Origin: Amphiscolops sp. MND2022 | Taxonomy: Eukaryota | Direction of reading: 5' to 3' | Length of the DNA: 64,000 nt | NCBI GenBank assembly: GCA_964187785.1 | Contig: OZ076409.1 | Span: 11,348,001-11,412,000, forward strand | Shown here: positions 22,901 to 34,746 of the stretch, piece by piece | Layout: each line of letters starts with the position of its first letter | Position numbering within the stretch: position 1 is the stretch's first letter | Notes under the pieces: model-generated | What the model was told of the DNA's origin: nothing | Databases searched by the model: none | The model's input: the letters and a program-made list of their open reading frames with translations, nothing else | Program-made: the position numbers and the translations under genes

Positions 22901-24960
22901 GAATTCCAAAATCTGACTCTTCCTTCTTACAAGACACAACATTACAAACAGAAAATTATTCTACTCTTGAACAACCAACTCACACTACCTCACAAAAATC
23001 AGTTTCTGCAATAAATGTACAACCCAATATACCCTCTCTAACACACTGTCAACAAAATATACCTTTCTATGATACATCATTTTTTAAGTACAAAATTTAT
23101 TTTCAAGGTTTCTTCCTTACTCATTAGACATAAAAAAACTTCAACAACAACAATCCCAAGATCCGGTTCTTAGAACTGTTTATTCTTGGTTATTAAACAA
23201 TGAAAAACACGAATTTGTAACACCTCTTAGTACTGGTACTCCATTTTTACATGTATATTACAAAAGATTTTCACAACTTTTCATCATCCACAAATCTTAT
23301 TAGTCTATATATTACAAACCCTACTGTTATAAACCAATCCTCTACTCCAAATTTTGTATAAGACACTATTCGTATATGCCTTCCTTTTCGACTGTTCAAA
23401 ACTGTCTTTAACAAACTCCATGAACACTCTCATACTGGTATGAAAATTACATACAATACATTCAAACAATATTACTACATTCCATTTCTTGAAAAATGGC
23501 TTTCCATTTTCATACATGACCGTATTGAATGTCAACGTAACAAACACTTCAATATGATTTTTCGAACTGCTCCTACACAATCATTTTCAGAACATGCTCC
23601 ATCTTTCAACTATCGAATTTCAATGGACACTAAAGGACCTATTAATCCTCCTTCTCACAATAAATCCTATATACATGTAATTATTGACGCTTTTAGTCAC
23701 TTTGTTGTTACAGTACCCATTAAATCAAACAACGCAAAGACTGCTATCAAAACTCTCCTACACCATTGGATTATTAAATTTGGACCACCTATATATCTTG
23801 TCACTGATGGTGGATCAGAATATGTTAATAAAGAAATGGCACACCTTTGCACACTTATGGGAATTCGTCATTCTCCTAGAACAGCTTACTCTCCTTGGAC
23901 AAATGGCCTTGTTGAAGTACAAAACAGAAATCTTGGTACCCATCTACGAATGTTCTTACATGACACACCTAAAGATTGGGCATTCTAAGTCCATATGTAC
24001 GCTTATGCACATAATTCACAACCACTTTCAGAACTCAATATTTCACCTCACGAAATTGTTTTCCACACCCGACCCAGAATACCCCTTACATTTGATTTGA
24101 ACCTTAACCGAGACACCTCTAAAACATGTATTTCACGATATTGCTCTCAACTTCCAGCACACTCCCATTATGATTAATCAGATTTAAACCCATTTTTCAA
24201 TAAAACCCTTTCAAAACCCATTCCCCAATGGTTTCTCGCTGTAGAAACTGCTATGTTACAAATTTATTCTACAGTATACGAAAACACCCTACGAAAAATC
24301 AATTCACAAGCATACATTACAAAAACTTACCATGAAGGTAAACCCCTTCCTATTGGTACCTTTGTTTTAAAACGCAATTTTACACATGTTCATTTTTCTG
24401 ACAAACTCAAACCCCTTCGGATTGGACCATACAATATTCTTGATAGATTATCAGATGTTACATATGAACTACTTGCACAAGATGGCTCTACAGTACACGT
24501 CCATAGAAATCATTTAATCCCATATTATCCAAAAGAACCACTCGTATAACCACATCTGCGTAGTTTTATGCGCTTTTCAGATACAACTCAATTCCATATT
24601 CCACAACCTACCAAATATGCAAACAGTGATTCTTCCCCTTTTAATTCAGACGAATCCTTGTCAGAAGAAGATTCTCAAACATTTGTAACGCCACCATCAT
24701 TTAGTACATCCAATCAAAATACACCATCTATAACATCCAATGACAAGTCTTTGACTCCCTCAACCAATGACAACTCCTTATATAGACATATAATTAATAC
24801 CCCTCACACTAATGTCTCTAGTGACAGATCAAGACACTCATCTAATAACCAAACAACTTCACTTCCTCCTCTAATTGACAGAACCACAAAAACTACTTAT
24901 AAACTACGACAACAACCCCAATTAGATTATAGACTTTTTATTACACCCTCAAAACTGTAA
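19991..24960 (+). pseudogene. pol: pol: protease, RT, RNase H, integrase with GPY/F module
   Basis: LDSGAS; SAIDLMYAY / GFYGL / YIDD; DAS / RELLG / TDHKPL / ADMLSR; HEHSH..CQ, MDTKGP, TDGGSEY, NGLVE, IGPY. Frameshifts near 20137, ~23120 and ~23285, and several stops. Confidence 0.95.
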
Positions 24961-25046
24961 TCCTATCATTCTATCCGCTGGCTCACTCAAAACTAGTCAC
25001 TCCAGTTGAATGAAATATAACCCATAACAAGTTATCTCAAAGATAA

Positions 25047-26285
25047 CCTGTTGAAAATACTTCAACAATCCTGGATCCTCCCTCTGATATACCTCCATCA
25101 GCTCCAAGTATTCCTTCCACACCTGAATCTTCAGTATCAAGCACTACAAACTCTAGTAATGTAACTCCTACTACTCCTTCTAAAAGATCAAGATCATACA
25201 TCTCTGAAACTACCTCTTCATCACTTCTTCATAGACCACCTATAACTGAAATCCCTATAAACACCCGTACTCAACAAACTCCTATTAACACTCCTATTAT
25301 ACACATACCAAATCCTGAAAGTGTTGAACAATACGTTACCTACAAACATCCTACAGCTATCAAAACTGTTAGACTACAACCTCAACTTAATCTTGTACAA
25401 ATCCCTGATACTGAATATACAAAGCTACCTTCACTGAAATTACCATCAGAACTTAGCACTACTTCTTCAAAACTTTATCCACCATTAAAACCTCTTCGAA
25501 AACCTTCTACATCACTCTCAAATCTCTTAGACAATACTTCAGACTACGCTTCATCACAAGACACAAGCTCACTTTTTGTACCTAAACATCGATATAATCT
25601 TCGTGACCTCCCTTCACGTAGACTTAGTACAGACACTTCAACACTCAATTTTTCCGCTCTTTCTAGCAATTCTGCACTACGACTTGTACGACAACACGCT
25701 CAACCATTGTCCTCTGACACACCATCTTCAGAACTCTTCCAATCTCCTTATTTTACTTCTGGTTTTGAAACCGCTTCATTACTCTCATCTAACCCTCAGA
25801 CTGCATTTTTATCAGGAGACCTTTTTTCAGAAGTAGTAATCCCTACTCCTGTTCCTGCACATATTCGACTACCCGAATACTATACTGCAGAACACTCTAG
25901 ATCCCCAACTCCAAATTTTGCTGACTATCCACTTAGAGTCGATGGTATAACCATCTACGACCCACAAAACGATCCCCGATTTCCAATTCTTGCAGAACGT
26001 TTCATTAATTACAACGACCTCTTATCTCACAAACGCAAAGAAACAGAACTAAAACGCCTTCAGACATCAAACCTAGAACTTAAACTTGAAGTCAAAGTCA
26101 AATTTCAAGGATTAAATCCACACCCAATATTTCACGTTTCTAAAATAGAACATAAAACCTCTCCTGCTCCTTTTGAAGTAGTACATATTGAATTTGAACG
26201 CGATCTTAATATACCCACTATCACCTATGGCAACATTGTCTTCTGTAACCCATATTCCGGTCTTAAATATACAACATCTTTTTAA
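25047..26285 (+). CDS. ATG-less 412-codon stop-free frame between pol and env (Ser/Thr/Pro-rich N-part, unknown function)
   Basis: Manual translation shows the frame of ORF 25707..26285 stays open back to a TAA at 25044-25046. It contains PPSAP. Confidence 0.65.
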   Translation, partial: PVENTSTILDPPSDIPPSAPSIPSTPESSVSSTTNSSNVTPTTPSKRSRSYISETTSSSLLHRPPITEIPINTRTQQTPINTPIIHIPNPESVEQYVTYKHPTAIKTVRLQPQLNLVQIPDTEYTKLPSLKLPSELSTTSSKLYPPLKPLRKPSTSLSNLLDNTSDYASSQDTSSLFVPKHRYNLRDLPSRRLSTDTSTLNFSALSSNSALRLVRQHAQPLSSDTPSSELFQSPYFTSGFETASLLSSNPQTAFLSGDLFSEVVIPTPVPAHIRLPEYYTAEHSRSPTPNFADYPLRVDGITIYDPQNDPRFPILAERFINYNDLLSHKRKETELKRLQTSNLELKLEVKVKFQGLNPHPIFHVSKIEHKTSPAPFEVVHIEFERDLNIPTITYGNIVFCNPYSGLKYTTSF

Positions 26286-28970
26286 ACCCTACACAACCTT
26301 TTACATAACAAATCTAATACTTTATTTACATTTATTCAACTCTACCTTTTCCATACCCATAACACCCTCTGACACAGAAAACTATCTTCCATCGGATGAC
26401 CCAAATATTACAAATCTCATGGTTTCTCATTATGACTGTGCAAAACAACACAATCTGAGACAATTTAATCTACTTTATGTAAAACAATGCACTGAAGCTC
26501 CTTCCGACATTAAACATGCCAGTGTTAAAGCCCGTGTATATGTCCGAGCAAAAGCTAATCGTATCAAAGCTTTCAAATGTGTTGCTTATGCAAAGAAAGA
26601 AAGGAAAATATGCTTTCAAGGTTCCGTAAAATACCGTCGTGTTGATAGAACCGTATGGAATCATAATACATTACCACTCCCTGTTACTCTTGATCCAGTA
26701 GAATGTAAAAACATTATAAGACATTTAAATGGTACAAATGATAAAATATTGAACAACCTTCAATACAACAAAACTTTTACACTCTTAGAAGATCATTATT
26801 TTAAAGAACGTTTAGAACAATATCAAACTCCTTTCACTGTATATCAACTGAACAAAATGTATACAGGTACATTTACATTTATGCCTGCTGATAAAAACTG
26901 GATATATGACCCTACTCAAAACCCTTATCATAACTGTCCTGCTCATCACCAATTTGAAGTCAACTTAGTTAGTTGGCGACTAGAAATTTCTGAAGTAGAA
27001 CTTACATATGATGAGCGACTAGAAATTTCTGAAGTGGAACTTACATATGATGACACATCTAATGACATGATAATCGATGGACATACATTACCCTGCTACT
27101 TTGCAGATGGTTTCTGTAAACCCACTACAAAAACCCCTTTTACTCTTGTTTGGTTCAATGATGACTATTGTCTAATTTTTACCTTACAAGACTTTATTGG
27201 CCGTATGACTAAAATTGAAGATAGATATTGGATTGAAACAGACTCTTTTGTACATTCTCCACACCCAATAATATCTAAACCAGCTTCTGGTACGAAGGTA
27301 CAGAATATCCCTATGTTTATGCTCCTCATACACAACATCCAAATAACCCAAGTCTTTCAAGATTTGAAGTTTTTCCTACAGCACAAACCTTTTGTGGTAA
27401 ACCAGACCCTCTCTATTCTACACAATATTCAGACTTTTTGTTACCTACACTGATGGTTTCAATATGCATACAGGACAACCCAATCCTCATTCCATGATTG
27501 ATGAATATATTTCTGGTAAAATAGTATTGGACACTTCAAATAACAAATTTGTATTCCCTGCATTAAATGTATCAAACAATTTTGCTACTATTGATTATGA
27601 TGCGCATATAAACACCAAACTAGATTATACTATTAATCATGTTTTTAGATCAATGACAGTACAAGAACTAAATACCCTTCATACAATATGTGAACTAGAA
27701 CGTAACCAACTCCTTACAATACTCGCAATGTCAGTACAAAACCCTCAACTTGCTGGTTTCCTTTTAACCGGTAATAGAAGTAATTTCTTATACGTTGAAG
27801 GCTCAACCGCCTGGCTTTACGACTGTCCTCATTTTTTATCTCTTTTATACAAAGCAGATAGATGCTTTGACCGTATACCCATACATTTTAAAGATACCTT
27901 AATGTACGTTGATCCTATTACAAGACAAACTTATGATTATGCTACACCAATTACATGTGATAATAATCCACGTAACATTATTGAACTAGACCCTGATTCA
28001 GACGACCAAGACTTTTACATTCTTGGACCTGAACCTATTAAACGCAAACCACCACTAATGTTTACACCTTCACAAATCAAAACTACAAAACGCCCTAATA
28101 CTTTTACAGCCCAAGATGCTGGTATATATTCAAATGCAGAACTTGACAAATTTTGGAACCGTATTTTATTTTCTAAACATTCTGATTCTACACTCCAATT
28201 AATAGGCAAAGCTCTTAGTTATTCCTTCATTTCATCTAATACTCCAAATTACGATGCAGATTCCCCTCAAGACTCTGGCAATCCTTACAACACATTACGT
28301 ATAGGACTCCATGATAAACTCTTGAATTTAACTCCTCTTTTTACACCTACATGGTTTTTAGATGCTTTTATTGCACTTTTTGGATACCCTTGTTACATTC
28401 TCACACAATGTGGTATATACTTTTCTACATTTCTTTTCGTACAAGCTACTCTTACACTCTGTCAAACTTTACAAAACAATATCTATTAAATATAATCTCA
28501 AAAATAATATTACTTTATTTAGTTCTATAGCACATGGTTTTTTTAATGTTCTTACAGCACGAATGGTCAGTCACCTCCATGAGACTCAAAACAAAAAACC
28601 TAAAAGTAAACTTTTAAAATCCAAATCCTTAGATAATTTTATTGACACTTCTCCAAATTTAATTAACCATTCTACAGATGTTACTTCCCCTCCACCTTTC
28701 TACACTAAACGTCCTAACAAAATTCAATTTCCTAAATTTAATTTGTTTCCGAAACGACACCACAATTCCCACCAAAAAACATCTACACTTCCTTTCTCTC
28801 CTGTTCAACATCCTCCACTTCCTAATTATACTCATAAAAACTTTCACTCGAATGACAATTTAACTACTCAACATGACACTTTAATTAACAATCCTGTCAC
28901 TTGTACTACGGATACACCAATTAAAATCTATTCACGGATAAACTATCCTTTTCCTCCTCCATCTTCTTGA
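26227..28970 (+). pseudogene. env: Envelope glycoprotein, class III fusogen-like (herpesvirus gB / chuvirus G type), frameshifted
   Basis: ATG at 26227, hydrophobic signal-like stretch, YDC..C start, many Cys and N-x-S/T sequons, CELER...NPQLAGFLL...WLYDC...CFDRIP core, C-terminal hydrophobic segment and tail. Split over ORFs 26188-27453, 27464-28489 and 28362-28970. Confidence 0.85.
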
Positions 28971-29179
28971 ACACTCTTTCTGTTTTTCTGTAACTCTCTT
29001 CCAGAACACTTGTATACTATCTCTTCACAATTGCTACTCCTCCACCGCTCGAAACCCTTGCAGAAGTTGATCTTCCTCAGCCCAATAATACATCTCTCAT
29101 AATAACCGTCTTCAAAAACTCTTCAACTAAAGTTGATAAATCCACTCGTTAGTGTAGTTTATAGTACTTTCACTTCAAA

Positions 29180-30880
29180 GTGATAAGGCCTCTTGGAATA
29201 GATAACACTGTTGTTGTTGATGATAACATTGTTGATGTTTTTAAACACACCATGACACAAGCACAAATTGATCTACAAACACAGCTTGAACAAGCAACCC
29301 CAACAGATCTTATAACTAGACATCTTTCAAATGATTCTTCTGTTCTCTATATTGAGACTTCTGAACAAACACCTCCATCTTTTCTCGAACAAATGGAACA
29401 CACAAAAGCTGAACACGAAAGTTCAAAACCTACTCCTTCCCAAGATGATACTGATCATACACAACCGACACCACCTACTCCAAAAAAAACGATATGAGAT
29501 TATGAAAGATCCAATCTTTCTTTCGTCACCAGTATATCTTCCTTCAATACCTTCAAAAATTTCACTGTGCACAAATCGTGATGATCATTTGATCCCAATC
29601 CTTTCTACAGACGATTTCGTCTTTAAAGCACAGCTAACTTCTCTATATATGCATCCTACTGACTATTCATTTCGCTTATATGACAAAAATCAAGACTTCT
29701 TTACATCCATTGCCTCCAAAATAATGGGTCCATACCAATATTGGCTCGATAATGGAGTTAAATATTTCTCTCTCCAATTCAATTTTCTTCGACCGTCTAT
29801 CTACGATCTCAAAACAGATGAATCTGATCCATCTTTTCTATCTATAGCACAAAAAGCTACTCATCATCAAACATATACTAAATTCCTGCAATACACGAAA
29901 CCACAAAATCACATTTTTGTCAATTACAAATATACTTCAAAGTGATTGTAATTTGATTCAATTTGTAATTTTGTCAATTACAAATATACATCACCGTTCA
30001 CAATGACAAATATGTACACTCTGGACCACTCCTGTATAACAGGCTACCTTCGAAACTATGACCCTATAAAACAATACTTCTGTTTGCTTCCATACAACAA
30101 TACTTCACGCCCACTTATTGTACCTCAAGTATATCTCATACATTACGATGATTTTTTGTTGCCTTGCAACATTCCTACTCAAATTGCCAAACCTCTTACT
30201 GTTATTAAACACCTAGTATCTTTTCCCCTTGACGATAAAGATAGAACGTACTATACAGCACTCTACAAGCAAACGTATTCCTACAATGAACTTCTCTTCA
30301 TATCTGCCAAAACTATCTCTTTCATGGTACAAGCTGAACAAAAAACTGAACATAAATCACACGCTTCACCTATAAAAAACGCTCCTGACAAACTTTCCTC
30401 TGTATTAAACAACCGAGCACTTCGCGACATAATAAATTTACTTGATCCCTATAAACGAAACTCCTCTGAAACACCTATCACAACACTCACACATATACTA
30501 CACTGCTATGACAGAACACACAAACTCCTTCAATTTAGACTCTCAACGCATCACTCAATCATCCCAAGCAATTCAATCTGCTTTGGAAACTATAACTACC
30601 CTTTTTAACTCAACTAATCTTCATTAAACTCTTATACAGGTAATATAAAGTTTTTAATTTTTCTTCTCTGGTACTTTCTATGATCCATCTTTGGCACAAT
30701 ATCAAAGGTATTTTTACTTTTGCTTACTTTTTTAAAATTAAAATCTTTCTTCTGAATGAAATCTCAGGACTATCTTTCACGTATAATATTCTTTCCTACA
30801 GCACATGTCAAACAGATAACTACTTCTATCAAAAAACAACTACAATACAAGACATACAAAACAATATAGCACAACACTAA
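29180..30880 (+). pseudogene. Post-env accessory ORF(s), frameshifted, unknown function
   Basis: Consecutive overlapping + strand ORFs (29180-29497, 29331-29945, 30003-30608, 30442-30627, 30680-30880) inside the LTRs, with the element's codon bias. Confidence 0.55.
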
Positions 30881-31048
30881 ATATGATACATTCCAGCTCC
30901 AAATTTTGTTGTACATCTTTGACTTGATATTGACATTTTTCTTACACTTCCTCTGTTTTAGAAACATCTATTCTTCCTCCTCCTTCATCCAAATTCTTTC
31001 AGAACATCCCAACTTCTCTTTCTTCGCATTCTTCCAACCCTCGTCATC

Positions 31049-31497
31049 ATGGCTCCATATGCTGAAACAAACGACATTATCACTATGACCTCAGAGTTTT
31101 CAAAAGTGCATAGTCTCAAAGCCGCCATATTTCACACCATGGCATTCAAACTCTCGCTTGAAATTCACAAAAACAAAACTACGCCAAAATGTCTCATCGC
31201 TTTCTTAAAAGTCCTCTACAATGTCAGATAAAAAAGAAAAAAATTACTTTTGAGCAATACTCGCGGATCCATCTTCAAGGACCTAAAATTGCCATTTGCG
31301 AAACGGCATCTAATGTTGTATTCGTCCTAAATTCTTCCTTTACTTCAAAGGATCAGTATTTTCGTACTGCTCTCCACGAAGCCACTGACGCTTTTAATAA
31401 TATGCTGAAAGATTTCGGGTATACTCAGAAATTAGAACTCTATGACCCGATCCCACACCAAACTCATCCTCCATCGCAAAACTCTCTCTTTCAATAA
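31049..31497 (+). pseudogene. Second post-env accessory ORF (~150 aa, one frameshift)
   Basis: MAPYAETND... and ...ITFEQYSRIHLQGPK... join across an A-run near 31230-31243. Confidence 0.5.
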
Positions 31498-31722
31498 TCT
31501 CTATAACACAAACTTCTACTTACTTCTATTTCACTCTTCAACTGCATTTCGTCTCCAAATCCTTCATCTTTCTTCGATGATGCATTGAAATGTGGTTGCT
31601 GATCACTCCTCCAAAGAACTTCTCCTACACATGCTGACACTCTTCACTTCACCCATCCACGATGGTCAACAACATCCATCTCCACTTTGGGTTCATCGAC
31701 GTTGCCAACCTTTGTCCTCGTC

Positions 31723-31827
31723 ACTGGTCTTCACTCCACGATGACTTCTTGACTGGTCTTCATATCTCAGATGCTGACTTCTTGACTGGTCTTCACACCT
31801 CAAATGCTGACTTCTTGACTGGTATTC
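31723..31827 (+). repeat. 33-bp tandem repeat (~2.5-3 copies) in the 3' untranslated region
   Basis: TGACTTCTTGACTGGTCTTCA.A.CTCA.ATGC units starting at 31742, 31775 and 31808. Confidence 0.85.
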
Positions 31828-32943
31828 GTACTCCAATGGACTATACTCCAAATTTCAAACATTGTACTCCAAACTTGACTCAATTTTCAAACTGAACTAT
31901 ATAATCCATTTTAACAAATATAACTTGTAACTTATTGTAACCTATTTTAATCAACTTATAACTTTAATACCGTGTAGTGCTATATACTCTTATCTAATCC
32001 TTAGTGCTATATACTCTTATCTAATTTTAATCTTTTGTAATCGTATTATAATTACCCCTCTGTTTCAAAATCCCCAAAAAATTTCTACCGATAATTATCT
32101 TTGTAACCACAATATTATCTGCTTCTATTGTCTTGTGTATAGTACATTGATATAATCTTATCTAATTATTTTGTTATATCTAAAATACACTTCAAAAATA
32201 TATCTCTAATACCCATCTTTTACAGAACACAAGTCCTACCTACAGCACAAGAAATTTTCTAAGATTTTTGGACAAAAATTTTTCTTTTACAAAACATGTT
32301 CTCCACCTTTGTTTTAATCCCCAAAAGCATTCCCAAAAATTTTCCAAATTTTTCTTTACAACTGTTAAAAAATGTCACTTCTCGTTTTCTACTGTTTGAA
32401 ACTTGAAATTGCCAAAGTTTTTTTTTCAACTTTTGCCTCTGCTCTATTCTTCACTTTCGTTGAAAATGAACTCTCACTCGAACCTTGACTTTTCGAAACT
32501 TCTTCACTTTTGGTTCACATACCCGCCAATGTTGGTTCACAACTCATTGACAACTTCACACTTTAATTCTTCAACTTGAAAAGTTTTCAATGCTGACTAA
32601 GTCATGTTGATGAAAGAATTTTTTCAAACAAGCCGATGGCTGATACGAAAAAGGAAACATGAAATGATGAATAGTTGTCAACAATAACTTCATAAGAACT
32701 TGTCAGTTAAAGAAACTGAAAGAACTTGAACCTTGCTTGAACCTTTTTGCACCAATTGAATCGTTTATGACGTAAGAAGTCAAATAGTCTTAGGTTGTTC
32801 TCACTCCTTAAGTATGGTACTCTACAAAACGAAACTCATGCAACTCTAGTACAACACATATGAAACAAACCCATGCATATAACAAAAAACTCCTCAAACC
32901 CAAAGTGCGTATATGTAATTTTATTTTTAAATTCCCGGTTTAT

Positions 32944-33355
32944 TGTGATGCCATGATGCATGTCCTCAAAGATTCTCTAAATCTGAAATACTCTGAACTC
33001 TTAACCAAAGTAATTAGCAGATGTAATCTAATTTGAAAGCTAATTATTCTAGAAGAAACTTCATCTAATATATCCTGTACCAAGCTTCCCCGATTCATCC
33101 TGTTGCTGTCACATTGTTAATTGATGAAACCTACCCTAGTTAATAGAATATATCTACTCGGAGAAATTGAGAATTCATCCTAGCAATCGGTCTTCCTCCC
33201 ACACTTCAAGAGCTGAGATCTCAGAGATAGATTGTACTCAGAACTAGCTATGTACAAGATAAAAGATAAGACGACTCTGCTGTTAAAATCTTAGACTTCT
33301 TATGTCAGTAATAACACTTCTAAAAGAAACCATCACACAACTTTTTAACAGCTCA
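32944..33355 (+). repeat. 3' LTR of env-bearing element
   Basis: Direct repeat of 18629-19040, followed by TSD ATCT. Confidence 0.96.
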
Positions 33356-33498
33356 ATCTAAAAGGAATAAGATCTAAAACCACTAAAATTTAGATCTTAT
33401 TCTTTAGATCCTATTCCCCTCCCAAAATAGCTATGGCTCAAGTGATGAAGGCGAAAAGGGAGGAAAATATCCCGGTGCTTAGGTGGCGTCTTGTTCGT

Positions 33499-34746
33499 TA
33501 TGAACAGTCTTCTTTATGAAACTCGAGAGCAAAAATTGAAACAACCCGATAGGACCATGTTTCTTAACCACCCCCCCCCCTCTCTCTCCTTATAACTTGT
33601 TTCTTATATCCTCAACACGAAGACCACTTTTTCTTCTTGGAAAAAGTTTTGCACGCATCAAAATATATACCCTGATTTTCTTTACTTTTGAAATAGCAAT
33701 ATTTCAGACCTGTAAGAAACTGAAATCGTCTATAAATGCCAACATTTCAACGCCTAGGTATACGCTATGAAATGAATTCAACCTTTTCAACCGTGAATCA
33801 ATGTAATAGGTAGGGTTATGTCGACATCAAATATTTTATTAGAGTGAATATACATCCCAAACGATGTCGCCGTAATGGTATTTGAAGCCTGTTCTTTATT
33901 CCCACCTGCGGTCGCTTGGGGGATGAAAAACATGGTCCACCGAATATAATAAAATGATAGTCTTGATTGAGCATTGACACAGGAATGAATGAAGTAATTT
34001 AACGCAGCGACACAAACAAACATGATTTCAAGTATGGATCACAAAAAATTTTACGGAATCTTTGGCTTTAGACAATGCACCATGGTCTTGTTTTGGAAAC
34101 CCTTTATTGCAAAAACCCAGCAATTATTGTTGAAAAAGCATTTGATCACGATTGCCATATGCTTAATCGTATGATTATCAGCTCCGCAAAAGACCATACA
34201 GACAAGAATATTGTTATAGGGCAGGAACGCTGGTGATTACGACTATTTGATCCCATGTATCAACGACTTCGATTCATATTTTGATTAGTGATCAAAATCG
34301 ATAGAATATAATTCAAAGCAGAAATTGATTTAATAGTTCAGTTTTTGTCTATCAAATTCGATTACAACAATTGCAAACTAATATAGTACATTGTAAACTA
34401 ATATCGTAAACTGTGCTCTTTGAAGTTGTGAAACTGCAGAATGACAGATTGTAGAATCAAACAACTTAAAAGTTCAGCTCCCTTCGAGTCGGAGACTTTC
34501 GGAAAAGTTTGCAGTGAATAAGAAATTTATGAACTTCGAACTGCCGATTATTACAATTTACTTCGCAGTTCAAAAATGCCGATTCGTCTGATTCACTTGA
34601 CTTTCCATATTCTTTGATTCAACTGAAATTTGAAATAAAAACTTCATTTTTCCAGTTTTATTATCTTTGAAAAATGAAAGATTTTAGTTCTAGGCCAAAA
34701 ACTTGTTCTTTTTTCAAATTATTTCTGCTTAAAACTTCTAGATTGC
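33499..34746 (+). repeat. Repeat block A, first copy (second copy 35264-36565)
   Basis: Colinear match from TATGAACAGTCTTCT to CTAGATTGC. Confidence 0.92.
33552..33938. mobile_element. GGACCATGT-TIR MITE (duplicate at 35317-35741)
   Basis: GGACCATGTTT / AAACATGGTCC termini; flanks ACCCGATA / ACCGAATA. Confidence 0.72.

Larger units (their letters stand above)
18629..33355 (+). mobile_element. Envelope-bearing Ty3/Gypsy-type LTR element (complex endogenous-retrovirus-like, 14.7 kb)
   Basis: 412-bp TG...CA LTRs, 4-bp TSD ATCT (18625-18628 / 33356-33359), PBS, gag-PR-RT-RH-IN, glycoprotein ORF and extra ORFs, all on the + strand. Confidence 0.95.
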
